From: Epiperipatus broadwayi
Taxonomy: Eukaryota; Animalia; Onychophora
Length of the DNA stretch: 64,000 nt
NCBI GenBank assembly: GCA_028023455.1
Contig: JAQFVV010000004.1
Location: 3,410,001-3,474,000, forward strand
Reading direction: 5' to 3'
Shown here piece by piece: positions 24,701-39,055 of this stretch (position 1 is the stretch's first letter; each line of letters opens with the position of its first letter). The translations under genes and the position numbers were made by a program. The notes under the pieces were generated by a model. The model did not search any database, was not told the DNA's origin, and saw only the letters and a list, made by a program, of their open reading frames with translations.

Positions 24701-25167
24701 AAAAATAATTTCTTTAAGAATAAAAAAAAATCGTAAAAAATTGGCTAAATCTAAATCAATCAAGAAATAATTTCCATCCAATTAAATAAATTAATATATG
24801 AAATAAGCGAATAATAAATTATATTACTTATTTACAATGAAAATTAAATTTTATATAAAAATTTATTATGTTCTAATATATAGGTGTGTGTTTTTTATTT
24901 TTAGTCACAGTCTATCTACTGCGTGATATTTGCTCCAAATGTACTCGATATCTCTGATACATAATTCTTTTCACATCATTCTAAAAACTTTCTTAACCCA
25001 TCTATGCCACCAATATATATATATTTATGGTCTCTTAACATTTGTTAACGACATGTCCAGAGCTGACTCACTTCACTTTACCACTTATTCTAGGGTCATG
25101 TATTTCTTCTCTCCCCTAGTGCATTTTGCTCATGATCATCATATATACCTTGTTATATATCTATATG

Positions 25168-25791
25168 ATATATTATGATATGATTATGATGAATTAGAAA
25201 AAGATAACAGTTACAAATACCTTGGTCAGATTATTAATACAGATGGAAACATAATGAATGAAATTAATCATAGAATTAAACTTGGTTGGATTACTTTTGG
25301 TAGAAATAACTTGATACTAAAATGAAATATGCCTGTGTTTGAAAAGGAAGGTTTTTAACAAATGTGTTTTATGTTCTTACTTATGGATCTGAGACTTGGA
25401 CACTTAATAGAAGAGCAATACAGAGACTCCAGACAATTCAAAGAAGTATGGAGAGATGCATTTTGGGAGTAACAAGAAGAGATCGAAAACGCAATGTATG
25501 GGTAAGAAAACAAACAGGTGTTACTGACCTCATTGAAAAAATTAAAAGATTGAAGTGGAGTTGGTCTGGACATATTGCTAGAAGAGATGATAATAGATGG
25601 AAAATTGAAATCTTAAACTGGATTCCAAGAGATTGTAAAAGACCCAGAAAAAGACCACATATGAGATGGATGGATGAAATTAGAAAGTGTGCAGGAGTGA
25701 TGTGGAGAAGAGAAGCTAAAGATCAGAGAAGATGGATTAAACTTGGAGAGACCTTCATCCTGCAGTGGATTGATAATGGTTGATGATGATG
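25168..25791 (+). mobile_element. 5'-truncated RTE-clade LINE
   Basis: YKYLGQ (RT end), VLTYGSETW, LKWSWSGHIARRDDNRW...RPHMRWMDEI. (GAT)n tail. Candidate 11-bp TSD atatctatatg (25157-67, 25792-802). Confidence 0.9.
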
Positions 25792-27809
25792 ATATCTATA
25801 TGTAACATACAATATAGTGCTAACATTGTCCAAATCTTAGACCCATAAATAAATATTGCCAGAATATAATAACCAAAATCTAATTTTAGATATATTTTCC
25901 TAATAAGTTTTTTTTTTTCTATGATTGATTCGATTTCTAATAATTAACTTCTGATATATTATTATCATTCTTTATTTATTTATTTATTTATTTTAACATT
26001 GTGCAAATATTGTTGTCAACATTGCAACCATTTTGAAGTTTATCGATTCCAGTTTAAATAAAATCAGCATATAGATAGAATTAGTTTCATATTGGACAAA
26101 AAGTTTAATATTTATATAAATAATTTGTATGCAAAGTAAATATATTTTATAGTAATACAATCACTAATTTTATTTTGTAAAATAATGCTACAAATAATTT
26201 GAAATTAAAATTTTTGAAGAGAAAATCTATTTCTGTAATAAAAGTTAGTTGATTAACATTATCAGTCAGTAATATTATATATTATCAGAAGTGAATTCTC
26301 TCCATAAGATCTCATAACCAAATGCCTAACCCATGAAAATATTCAGGTAAAAAAATTACTGAATTCCAAATAAAGATTTTCTGTATTTTTTTCAGTTAGA
26401 ATTTTAAATAATATTTTTATAACATTTAATATAGGCCATTTTATTTGTATATATTTTAATAGTCTTTATTTTAATTTATCAATTCTAGATAATGTTTACT
26501 TAAAAAGTTCTCATAGGGTAGAGGTAATGTATCTACTGCTATTATTTTAACCTCTGCTTGAATCTGGGTTGTGAAAATGTTAAAATTTTTCTTGGACAGG
26601 CTTAGAATTTTTCTTTCAATTAAGTAACTATTTCCATAGGTAACCAAACTAACCATCCAATACTGGTTTATAAATTGATATCTAACAAAAAAAAAAAAAA
26701 AACACTCAAATTCTCATCATCCAATAATTGACAAATCTGGTGCATAATGGCTTGTTTTTGATTGGTCCTCTATGAAAGTGGGCTTACTGCAGCAGGCTGT
26801 TTAAAGTATTTTTTACAATTATCTAATATTTTAAGTCATTTTATTTTTGTTTATTTTATCATATGATTCATCGATTAAAATAAGTTTTTGCCCAAGAAGA
26901 AAGTTAAATCAATTATTCAGAAATACTTTTAAGAAAACAATTTTGGTAATCTCCACAAAAGCGTGTTAGTAGTTAAAAAGTTTTGATTAGTGCCAATATT
27001 TGATTGTTTGCATAAGTAATCATATATATCACTAAACGATAGTCAACACTTAGACAATTCTAATATCAATAACAATCAACAATTTCAAACTGCTGTCAAG
27101 GCAACCTCCTTTTAACAATAACGGTGGAATATACATATATATATATATGATGTACTTCAGATCACTTTTTTTTTTTTAAACTTCTGTTTAAAATTAAACT
27201 ATGACATTAATCTATGTGATTAGTGTTTTCAAAAATAAAATAGTTTCAGTATATATATATATAAAATAATGGATTACTATTTTTTTTATTAATAATATAT
27301 AGATATGTGCATAATGAAATTTTAAAAAGTCCCAACTTTTCAATGTATATACATTGTATTCATTATATGCATGTATGTATATATAAGTTAAGTGGTAATT
27401 AGTTTTAACTAAAAGTGACCAAATTAGTAAGTTTAAAAACATTACCAGAAAAACTGAGTTTGGTAAGCAACAATTTTAATTTAAAATAAATCATATATAC
27501 TTGAAGCATGTTATATTGTTGTAATAAAATATCCTCTATACACATAGAATTTTCATGAATTATTATAACTACCTTTAAATCTATATTAATTTATTTTATA
27601 ATTAAAGTAATAGTACTATTTAGATACTTAAATGACTAATGGCATTATTAAATAAATGAAATAAATTAAATCTGTATGAAATAGTTCTGTTAAAAAATTA
27701 AAAAATCATCTTGAATCATAGCTAATTCTTCATGTCAGTACAGTGATTTCCTTTTATATTAATATAGTAACTTAAACCACATTGTTGGTAAAGTATGAAT
27801 ATGCTAATC

Positions 27810-28290
27810 CAGGGATGGGCAATTGTTTTGGCTCAGGGGCTGCAGAGGTTAGTGGAGGACCACATTGGGGGCCACTTTATGAAAGCGAAGGTTAGCAGAA
27901 GGCCACACCTTTTTCCATGACACAGTAAATCCCTGTATTACCAAAGAAATATTTGTTTGTCCATTCTTCATTAAACACACAACATTCATCACCGATTTTA
28001 CATTTTTTTAGAGGGTTCATGGTTTCACTAAAGTTGGAAATGTATATATTTGCTAATGCAAAGACAAAATTAAAATTAACCAGATCAACTGGAAAAGCAC
28101 TGCACATTGTTTCTACACTGTGCATGTGTGTTGATGTGGCCACCCTCGTGGAAAATAAGAGACGAATCTTTGGTCGTGCATGGGAAGGAAATCTCAGTTC
28201 AAGGCGGATTTTTCTGATTGTCTTGGTGGGCCACATAAAAACTCTTAGCAGGCCACATGTGGCCCTCAAGCTGCTATTTGCCAACCCCTG
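27810..28290 (-). mobile_element. hAT internal-deletion derivative / MITE (481 bp)
   Basis: TIRs CAGGGATGGGCAA / CAGGGGTTGGCAA. Perfect 8-bp TSD tgctaatc. The - strand retains transposase start MNPLKKCKIGDECCVFNEEWTNKYFF. Confidence 0.92.
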
Positions 28291-29947
28291 TGCTAATCAA
28301 TTGCCTTTTATTTTAAAAGCTATTTCAATATGCTTAATACTGACTAAGACATAGTTCTATCAATTTATTTTATTAAGACCTTAAATTTAATACATAATTA
28401 AGTGGTTAATGGAACTATTCAATATAAGTAGGTAATCAGCTAAATAGGTGTATTTACCAAATAAAGTGATAATTAAATTATTCCTGCAATTACTATATAA
28501 AGAAGCTTATAAGTTAGTAGAATACTATGTTACATATTCATTTAATTACAACAATAAATTAATCTTAAGTTATAATATTAATGCAAGAATGAAATTATTA
28601 TATTGACATGGAGGATTATACTACAAATAGTTGGTGAAAGGAGTTATCTTTGAATGATATATATACTAAGAAGTGATTGACTAATTTTTGCATTATGAAA
28701 TAGTCAAATAAATAGTTTAACTTGGAATCATATCTATTGAATCATTTTATATATATATTTTACAGTATTATTAGCTAATTTCATTAAAAATTTAGATACA
28801 TGTTAAATTGTTTAATGCTTTAATAAGATTGAGTATAATTTTACACTTCTTTGGATGATATTAAGTCACATTGAAGTAGGTTTTAAAATAAAAGAATAAT
28901 AAATACATGGTAGTAGAAAAATGAAGTCCATATTAGTATAAGATACATCTGTTACATTTCAAGTGATAAAAAAATTTATTTGTGAATTATATAACTCTTT
29001 CTGTGTGATTAGTTGATTTCTTTTTACATTTATGAACTTGTCAAATAAATTTTTTACTCAGTGTTCTGATTGGCAATTACATTTATTCAATAATCCTTAC
29101 ATAAATAAAATAAGTCATGGTTTGCAATAATTTTATCACTCATCCCAGTGATGCAAATGTAAATTACTCTAATTTTTTTTTTTTTTTTTTTTTGGGGGGG
29201 GGGAGATTCAGAAATTGGCAATGGATGTGAGACAGTGCATTTCAGACTTGAGCTTCCTTAATAATGTATTGGTGAATCTTTAACTTAGATTTCAGAAAAG
29301 TAATATAATATTGTTATAAATTGTGGATATATGTTCATTTGCAAAATATATAATCTTCTAAAAAACTCTTTAAAAAACAACTAGGCTTTACTTTCTGTAC
29401 AAAGTATTTTTTTTAATAAAAGTAACTAGTTCCAATAAAGCCTTATAAAAGTTATAATACTGTGTTTGTTAATAATAATGCTTTCATTATAAAATCACGT
29501 CAACACAAAAGATTAGGGATGAACAGATACTTTCTTTACCTAAAAAGAAATATCTTACAAGAAATTAAAATAAAAAATATTTTCACCATTTATATTCTTT
29601 GCATAAAGGACATAATATTTTTAACATAAATGAAAAAAATATATATTTTTTTTAAATGGGGGGGGGGGCAACAGATTGTGTCCCAAAATTTCCTTTGGGT
29701 ATTAACAAATATTTTAACTCCTTACTTTTCACATATTTATTTTCAATATTAATACAAAGTCACGAATAATATATGCCAAATCTGTCACTCAAATAAAAAT
29801 ATGTCAAATTTTATGAATGATTTTTGATCAAACACAAATGATTTCCTTGATAACTTCTTTCTCAAGAAATCAAAAATAATATGAACCATATACTTTTATA
29901 GCAAAAGATTGGAAATACAGGCATTTTTATGCCTGGAACTTAATTGT

Positions 29948-30501
29948 AAATATAAGGGGATTTGAACTTAGACTTTCAAGCAACCTTTAACTATCCACCC
30001 TATCTCATACCACTGATACACATGACCACACACATGTAAAAAAATAAATAATCATCAATATATGTATTTTGTGTTGAACCAGCATTTCATAAGTTGGTCC
30101 AGATTATCATCTCCCACATACATATATAATCATGTCTCAGTTTATATTAAGATAGCAAATCTTTACATTTTAATGGACAGGTTTCAATCTACTCCAACCT
30201 CCAACTCTTCAGTCAACCATACCATTGAAAATCTGATAATAGAATGCCCAAATCCCATGCTGATGTCAATATTGTTGTATATTAAAATGCATCTTAATAT
30301 AAACTGAGCACTGATTATATATATATATGTGTGTGTGGAAGGTGATAATCTGGACCAACTGATGAGTGCTGGTTCAGCACAAAATACATATATTGGTGAT
30401 TATTTATCTTTTCTGCATATGTGATCATGCATATCAGTAGTATGAGATAGTGTGGATAGTTGAAGGTTTCTTGAAAGTCTGAGTTCAAATTTCCTATATT
30501 T
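29948..30501. mobile_element. Head-to-head PLE-like pair, family E
   Basis: Arms at ~29948-30153 and 30291-30501, with a hammerhead motif in each. Confidence 0.8.
30354..30397 (+). ncRNA. Minimal type I hammerhead motif (G12 lost)
   Basis: accaa-CTGATGA-GTGCTG/gtt/CAGCAC-AAAA-TACATATA-ttggt. Perfect 5-bp stem I and 6-bp stem II. Confidence 0.68.
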
Positions 30502-31909
30502 TTATGGTAAAAACAAATAATACTTAAGTTAGCAAAACAATTACAAAATAACAAATATACAAAAACAGATAAACTTATTAAAAGAAAAATCAATATATAC
30601 AATTTTATTTTACTATATACTATATCAGAGTAAAAATAATAAAAAAGAACAATTAAATTTACAAATTATAATTCCAAATAATGCATTAGAAAATTATTTA
30701 TTTTAATTAGTATATTTGTTTTGACTTATATATAAGTAGATTAATTATTATAATAGAAATTTGGAATTTGCTCAAGAGTAATTACAAAGAGAATGATACT
30801 AGAAGACAAAACTTAACAAATAATGCCACTTGGAAATTTAGAAATTTCTATATTCTGTTACTTTTTTGTGATAAAAATTATATATAATCTATATAGAATT
30901 TAAAACAATTACTATTGTTCAACATTAAAATATATTTTTATTCTTGTAATTTTTTTAGCATTGAAGATGAACAAAGTTCTTGGTATCTAAGACATAGAAT
31001 TATACACTATTGTAATCTTAAACAAAGATTTAATATGTCTTTAGTCTTTATAGATATAAATATTTGAAAACCAGGCACTCTTGACAAACCTGGAGCTTAA
31101 TTGTAAATATATCTTTATAGATATACATTTTTAAATGAAGAAAACAACTATATATTTTCTAAATGTTCTTTCTCTATATTGCAAAAGTGGCAAATAAAAT
31201 CACATATAAAATGTGTACTAATCAACTTTTTCATCAGAGTAATGTGGTGCAGTTGATTAGATCACAATTTTTATGAAGCTGCAGAAAGCTTAATCTATAA
31301 AATGAGTGAAGAATTGTCATAATTAAATTTTTTTAATGCTTCAACATCTTAAGCCTGAAAGATGGAAAACTTACCAGAATACTGAAGCTGAATTTATAAT
31401 AAATAACATCAAAACATAAAAAATGTTAGCAAATAACAGCCTGCATAAAAAACAAATATAATGTTGCTAAAAGAAGATGGTAATGGTTTTTAGAATCTAT
31501 TTGAAAAATGTGATTATTACCTTAAGTAAACAAAATTATTGCCACTATAACAAAGTGGTAGCTATGACATGCACAAAAATAGCAGATTGAATTCTAACTC
31601 ATCACTATCTATAGATAAAGTTATTAAACTTAAATGAAAAGCTTGAAAGGATAAATAAATATTTAATATGGCATTAAAGACTATGATTTTAGTATTTAAA
31701 AAAAATCAATAAAAATAAAAAAAAATTATATTTTTTAAATTTATAATCTACAAAAAAAATAAATTAAAAATTAAGATGGAAGACCATTTGAACTTTGATT
31801 ATTTTCTATAAGACTTCTAGAAACACTAGGAGATTAATAAAATGCGATAATGATCAGCTTGTATGGAATAAATAAAAAGTGTTAAGTTAAAATAATGACA
31901 TTATCTTTT

Positions 31910-32014
31910 TTTTTTCCCCGTGTGTCAAAGCATCGACTGGGAAGCGAACCCGCGAACCCGGGACACCTGCTTGTAAGGCAGCTGTGCTGACCACTTGGCC
32001 ACCAATGCTTGACA
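31910..32014 (-). mobile_element. tRNA-Gly-derived SINE
   Basis: Family match, 15-bp TSD atgacattatctttt (31895-909, 32015-29). Confidence 0.9.
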
Positions 32015-35000
32015 ATGACATTATCTTTTAATATCATTATTACATCAAAATCTAGATTTAAAAAATAATGTGTGTAAATTAAATTATGAACAAATAATTA
32101 TTTGGATACTTGAGGGTGAAAAAAAAGTGTAGACTTGAACATTTCCTCATATAGCTGAATTCAAGGATAATATTTTTATCAATAAGTGATTTAATTGACA
32201 TCCAGCTGACTCAAAAATAAACATTCTTAGTTATAGTTAATAATACCTTGTAGACACAATACTACTCTTTGATTAAATAAATAGTTTAAACAGCTGAATT
32301 TTAAATGATTACAATCACAATTTTAAACATTTGCATCAATATAGCACAACAATTCTATTCTAAAGTAAGTATTAGTGTATTAAACATGATTTATAACTAA
32401 GAAACTTTTATTGTTTTACATGTTTACATTAAATTCTTGTTTATTACTAAGTTCTTTGATAATGCAGTAATCAATTATTTCTATGACATTTGGTTTTAAA
32501 TCTTGGCGGAGATATCAAAATTAAAATGTTTTTTTTTTTTTATTAATTTTTAATTTTATTTTTTATTCAATAATTACAAAAAATGCAGACATAAAATTAT
32601 GGACATGACAGACTTTTTAAGTTCTGCAAAATGTTGAATTTGGTCTTTCTTTTATATTCTGTTTAATAAAAAATCACAAAGGCAAATGTACTAATATTTT
32701 TTAAAATCTTTATCAATTTCAATTCATCTTATCTTTTAGATCTTAGAGTAACATGATTTGAAAACTAGAAGTTGAGAAATAATGCACAAAACCTGAGTAT
32801 AATAACTTTTTTTATGACAATAACTTGTAGTTATTTTTAATTATCAAGATACAGACTATATACATCCACTGTTTTAGAATTTTAGTTTATTATGTTTCCT
32901 ACTGACAAAAATAAAATTACCTGAAGGCCAATATTATTTTAAGACATGTGAAAAAAGTTAAGGTCTTGAGCACATTGAAGTTTTTTTTTTTTTTGAAAAT
33001 TTGAAAAAGTTAGATGTAAGAGATAAATCAAAATAAGTAAAAGATATCTTAAATATATGCTTTATCCATGCTGCATAGTAACCAAAAAAATCCTGTAAGG
33101 ATAGCATTAATAAACATTACATTTAGTGATATGATAAAATGGTGATGAAAAAAAATTGATTTGATTTGAAACTTGTCTACTAATAGTATATTTAACAGTT
33201 AATTCATTCTCATTTTTGAGATGCTTACACACACATATATATATACATATATATATATATAAAGATGTTATATGGTTTAAAAATGTAAAAAATATTGTTT
33301 TATATTTATGGATAAGTTATTTTTAGTTTTTCTAATATATTGATTTGATATGAGTATTAGTTATATCTTAAAACATGAGAAAAAAACATTATTACCAAAA
33401 AAAATTGATGAGTAGATCCATGTAAATTGCAGCATAGAAGGCAAATGATCCCTGAGGGATCCTTTAGTTAGAATAACATATAGAGATACTCTCATATATT
33501 TTTTAATGTGTAATTTTTTCTAATAGTAAACACAACATTTGGGAATAATACATAATCCAAATTGGTGATATTAAATATGAATAGAAATGTAATATTATTA
33601 ACCATAATGTCAAAGCTAAGTGAACAATTTCTTGAATCAACAAAATTAATTTTGATTTTTATGGATTAATATACTTGAAAACATGTTGTAGTATGCCTTC
33701 ATATAGTTTTAGGGATGATTCTTGGAATGAAAGTCCTCCAGTAGATTTAGACCTTGTATGCATATAATTTTATATGATTTTTTTTTAAAATAAAAACAGC
33801 ATTGCTTCTTAGCAATAACCAGTTAATTACTATGTACACATGTGATCGTGTAAGTATACATAGAGTATATCAAAATATAATTAAGCATTTTGTAAATGGA
33901 TGCAGGAATTGAGACAAAGATTTGAAAAGATCCAAGTATTTCTGGTGACAATATTTTTTTTTGTAATCTGCAGTAAAAATTTCCATGAGTGTATTATTTT
34001 TTCTGTATAATGTATGTTATTATATTTGTGGCAAATATATGTCAAATTTATCATGAGTCACAAATGACTACTTAATACAGAAATGACTAATCGAATTATG
34101 ATTGTTATAAAGATTTGAACTGGGTATATAATGAAACAATTACTTTTTAACTAAGCTTTTATGATATATGCTTATATAAGTTGCAGTAAAAAGCTATAGG
34201 TTGCATTGTGAATAGCAGATATATAATCCAGTTTTGATAAAATTATTCAAAAATTATTGATATACCAGATTAGTGCAAGTTATGTTAAAATTTTGCTGGT
34301 CTGTTTTTAATCAGGATAATAGCTTTGATATGGTGGAAAAAATGAATCTCTTCTAAAACATTAATAAGGTAATTTGTGACAATCTTGATATTATATGGAA
34401 TGAAGAATGGTGTAATGTTGAGATAATAATGTGTGTAAAATCTCATACCTGTGCAGGCATAATCAATGAATATATGTGACAAATTTAGTACTTTATTTAA
34501 GTTCATTTAAAAAGTTTATCATAGTTTTTAGATAAAGATATAATCATTAGAGAAATATAAAAATGGAGAGTGGATATATTGAAAAAGTAAAGTAAGTAGT
34601 TGATGAGGCTATTTTCAAAAGAAGATTAATTGGAATTACCATAATAAATAACATAGACTTGCAATTGTAGGATTTCATAAGATCTATAATGTCCCAGTGA
34701 ATATTTTGCTTTAGAAGAAGTAGATGCTATAATAAATCTATAACCTAAAAAAAGACCCAAAAGACAAAACATCCTATTAGTTCAAATACTTATTGGATTT
34801 TTCAACTATTTTGGTCTCTTAATATATCATTGTGAATGTTGTTTGCCAGCTAAATTAAAGAATTAGGGATGTAACCTAATGCAAAGTATGTATTGCTGGT
34901 GTAGATTTAAATATAAAAGATTACAAAAATTTAAAAAATAACTGGAATAAAAATTTATTGAGACAATCAATAATGGAATGGCTATGATTATATCTCTCAA

Positions 35001-36023
35001 AGTTTAGTAATGTTTAGACAGAAGACATAGTTTAGCATTTAAAATAATTTCATATTGTGAAAATGCAGGCTATAATCTTATGACATTAAATATAAAGAAG
35101 CCTTATGTTATCTATTAATCACATGACATTAACAGCTGAACTATATAGAATATCTTTTATGCAAAATAAAAATTTATTTATTTTATTGTATGCCTATTTT
35201 TATCTTTAAATATATTTTTCATAACATTAATCAGATGTTGCAAGATATATATAATCTATCACTGTAATTTTTGTATTTTATTATATTCAGTTTTTTAATT
35301 GCAGGACAATTTTACTAAATGAAGGAGGATTTAATGAAAATGAGCTTGGATTAAATAGAGTTGGATATTTTAAGAAATAAAATATGATCTAAAAATTTAA
35401 AAATCTCATATTTGATTTCTGTGAATTCTATCTATTTGTTCATATAGAAATTTTATCAGAATGAAACCTTTGCACACCAAAGTTATTATTACTTTCCTGC
35501 ATGTAAGTTTTGTAACTAAAACGTTCATATCAAGTTTAGTTTTGAGATTTTAGGTTGATTTTAGAAAATTGACATGTATTAATGAAAGTCAATCGATCAT
35601 CCTTTAAAAATCACTTATGTGATGTAGATTTACTATTAACTTTTTTTATATGAAAAATATTAAAAACCTAAACATTTACTATTAAATTTTTTGTTGGAGT
35701 CAATAAGTAATTTGCTAATATGTTGGACAGATCATTTCTTATAAGATTTAGCACTGGATAAAGCTATCAGTAATTTACTAGTTAAACAGTTCTCTTGAAA
35801 AGCAGAAATCTAATTATTTAATAGTTTTGAGATTATAAGATGCTATTCTCAAAAAAAAAATCATATAATGTATTGGATAGGTTAAATTTAATTTGCCTTA
35901 CTTTTTGGTACCACGAGGAGTTGTACAGAAAGAGATTCATCCTTTATTGTTAAAAGGAGATTGCCTTGACAACAGATTGAGATTGTTAATTGCTATTGAT
36001 ATTAGAATTGACTAAGTGTTGGC

Positions 36024-36283
36024 TGAAAAAATTAAAAGACTGAAGTGGAGTTGGGCTGGACATATTGCTAGAAGAGATGATAATAGATGGACAGTTGAAA
36101 TCTTAAACTGGATTCCAAGAGATTGTAAAAGACCCAGAAAGAGGCCACATGTGAGATGGATGGATGAAATAAGAAAGTGTGCAGGGGTGATGTGGAGAAG
36201 AGAAGCTAAAGATCGGAGATGGGTTGAACTTGGAGAGATCTTCATCCTGCAGTGAATTGATAATGGTTGTTGATGATGATGAT
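36024..36283 (+). mobile_element. Short 3' fragment of the RTE LINE family
   Basis: EKIKRLKWSWAGHIARRDDNRW..., (GAT)n tail. Nearly identical to 25535-25791. Confidence 0.9.
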
Positions 36284-37964
36284 ATATTATGATAGTCTAT
36301 AACAGATGCATTGTCATTGTTTTGTAAATTTTTTTTGCCATTGTTTAAAAATAGAAAGAACATAGTTCATTAATGTTGTATTTATTTAATTTTTTTTTTT
36401 TCACAAACAAATTTCTACAATGATAATATACATATATAAAGCTACATTTTTTTTTGAAGACTTGATTACGAAAAGTTTCACAGTTTTTATAGATTAACTG
36501 TATTATTTTTTCCCTTCAAATAAAATTAATATTTTGGCTGGAAAAAAGGTTTCAGTAGCTTTTAATATAAACTGGCATTTGAATTTATTTTAAAAAATAT
36601 GATTGAGGAAATACTTTAACAATATTGTCTTCTAATAAATCTCAGAACATTTTTTTTTCAATGAACTGGATAGCTAAACTCTTAATAATTCAAAAACAAC
36701 ATTTTCAATTACTAATAATAGCAATATATGCACAGAATACAAGAGGAATATTGTTTTGTGATAATGAAGAATGATTGGGATAAAACCTTTGAACAGCATC
36801 CCTGTAATGAAAGTCTATAAAATCATAATTAATAGGAAAATTTAATTTTATTATGATCACATATGATATTGACCTTTCTTGTATACTTATACTCCACTAT
36901 CACATGATATATATAACATTCAACAATCTAAAGTAATCAACACTGGGATGTTTTTTTTTCCTTTGGCAAAAATTAATGCACCTTTTAAAAAATATTCAAA
37001 TTTAGAGCAAGCATAAAAGCAGGTTACGGGATATACTATATTATTGTTTTTATTAAAATTATAATTTTAACGATATTTTATAATATGTAATCAAATGTCT
37101 TTTAGTTAATTTTAAACGTATTTGAAATATATTTAAAAACCAATTTAATTTGGTAAAATTAGTTACCACAATATAAGGGTTATGATTATATTTTATTTAT
37201 TAGTATTATATTTCTCAATTTTTTACTTGAAGAGTTTTTAATTTCATCTTTTTGTGACATTCAGCTTTTGACTTGACCTCTTTGAGAACACTGAAAGTTT
37301 CTCTTTTTCATTTGAACACAACAGCCTTCAAGAGATGAATTATGTCATCTCTGATATCCAAATAAAACTTAAATTTGATGTATTATAAGCTGGTAATTAT
37401 CATTCACATTATTTATTTCATTTTTTTTTTTTTTTTGGTTCATAGTTTTGCTGTTTTATTGCTTTTTTTTTTTAAAGAAAAGATAGGAAATGGTCAGAAT
37501 ATAAAATAATTTTCTGTAAATAGTAAAGAAAATATCATTGGTAACTAGTTTTTAACTTAAAAACGTTAAGGAATATTATTTTAAATTTATTCTTTTTTAT
37601 ATCCACTCATTATGAAAATATAGCTACATGATTTTTTTTTTAATAATTTAGGACATTATACTGTTAGCCACGAACCAGAGTTATACTATAAAGTAATATA
37701 TTTCTCATTAATTTAAACTCAAAAAAAATAATTTAAAATTATCAAGGAAATATTTTGATAACCATAATGAAATAGCTGAAATATGAAAAGAATATTAATA
37801 TCGTCATTATTATGATTTATAACAATCATACACATGGAAAGCAAGTGAAAATAATAATCTAGAACCAGATATTCTTTGATTAGAAATAGATAAAGATGTA
37901 CAAAGGTTAAAAAATCGATAATTTATTAATGCAAATGATGTAATACTTTTAAGGATTTAATTGA

Positions 37965-38640
37965 ATAGGGTGTTTTCAGTCATAAATAAATGATTACCAA
38001 AGAGTGGATATAATTTTTGTTGCCAGATAAATGCAAGAAATGTATCAAGAGAATGCTTTATATATCGCAAGACATTTGACTCTCTTAGAAGAACAGATTT
38101 GTGGGTTTGATTGAAGTTAGTTGGTTGTCCTACTAAAATTTATTTGTATTACACAGTTCCTACATGATGAAATAGAGGATAGTGTCATTATTACAAGTGG
38201 AACAGTCGAAATGGAAATTGGTAATAAACAAGGATCTATACTTGTTTCAACTTTATTTCATATTTTTATTATAGTAGTATTTGGAATAGTTTATACTCAA
38301 CTTTATAAAACAGTGTTCAAGATGTAATATAGATTTGATGGTGGAATTTTTAATATGAATCAATTAAAAGCAAAAATCAAAACTTTGTTTTATTTTGGAT
38401 TCTGGATTTACACTGTGATGATGATTATGCTATTTTTTGCCATTTTAAAATGTGATTTAAAAATTATTTATTGTTTTGAATGCTACATATAAAGACTTTG
38501 ATTTAGTAATTAATATTCAAAAAAACTCAAGTTCTTTATCAGCATTAATGGAAGAAAAGTCTCAAGAAAATTTAGCTTAGATGACTGTCAACTTGAAAAT
38601 GTAAATCAACTAACATGCCTTGGTAATTTTATAAGTACAA
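37965..38640 (+). pseudogene. Decayed RT of a second RTE lineage (BovB-like)
   Basis: Broken frames give DIIFVAR, KTFDSLRRTDLW..LVGCPTKFI, FLHDE, GNKQGSILVSTLF, DGGIFNMNQLKAK, DDDYA and LENVNQLTCLG, in RT domain order. Confidence 0.72.
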
Positions 38641-38642
38641 AG

Positions 38643-38814
38643 TTATAAACAAGACAAAACTTTCCATACAGTAGTACCATCCTGTGCCAACCAGAGTAAT
38701 CAATGGATGTCAGAAGGCTTGTGGATGGGTATGCATTAGCCTTCTGGCTTCCATTGATTACTCTGGTTGGCACAGGGTGGCACTACTGTATGGAGAGTTT
38801 TGCTTTGTTTATAA
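38643..38814. mobile_element. Head-to-head pair of family B 3' ends
   Basis: ~77-bp arms matching 55700-55773, 18-nt spacer. Confidence 0.8.
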
Positions 38815-39055
38815 ACAATTATGTGCTAGTATAAGAGATGGTGATCATGTGATACAAAGTTACATTTAAATGTAAATGTCACAGCCCCCATTGCACTGTT
38901 GCTAATTTTAACAAGTTAAAATATATTTTATTACAAGAAAATAACTACTACAATAGAGCTGTTATTTTGTGTAGTTTATTTGTATGGCAGTGAGAATTAA
39001 TCCTATTAGTGCATTAATTTGTTGAGCACATACTCATTACATAAGTAATATATAC

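Noticed and set aside
25355-25573. Track ORFs 25355..25573, 36012..36245 and 36103..36363 as genes
   Set aside because: They are antisense shadows of RTE fragments.
27953-28354. 133-aa ORF as a gene
   Set aside because: It is antisense within the hAT MITE, with no recognisable domain.
31280-31700. Decayed LINE endonuclease domain
   Set aside because: Only vague APTS- and NG-like echoes with many stops.
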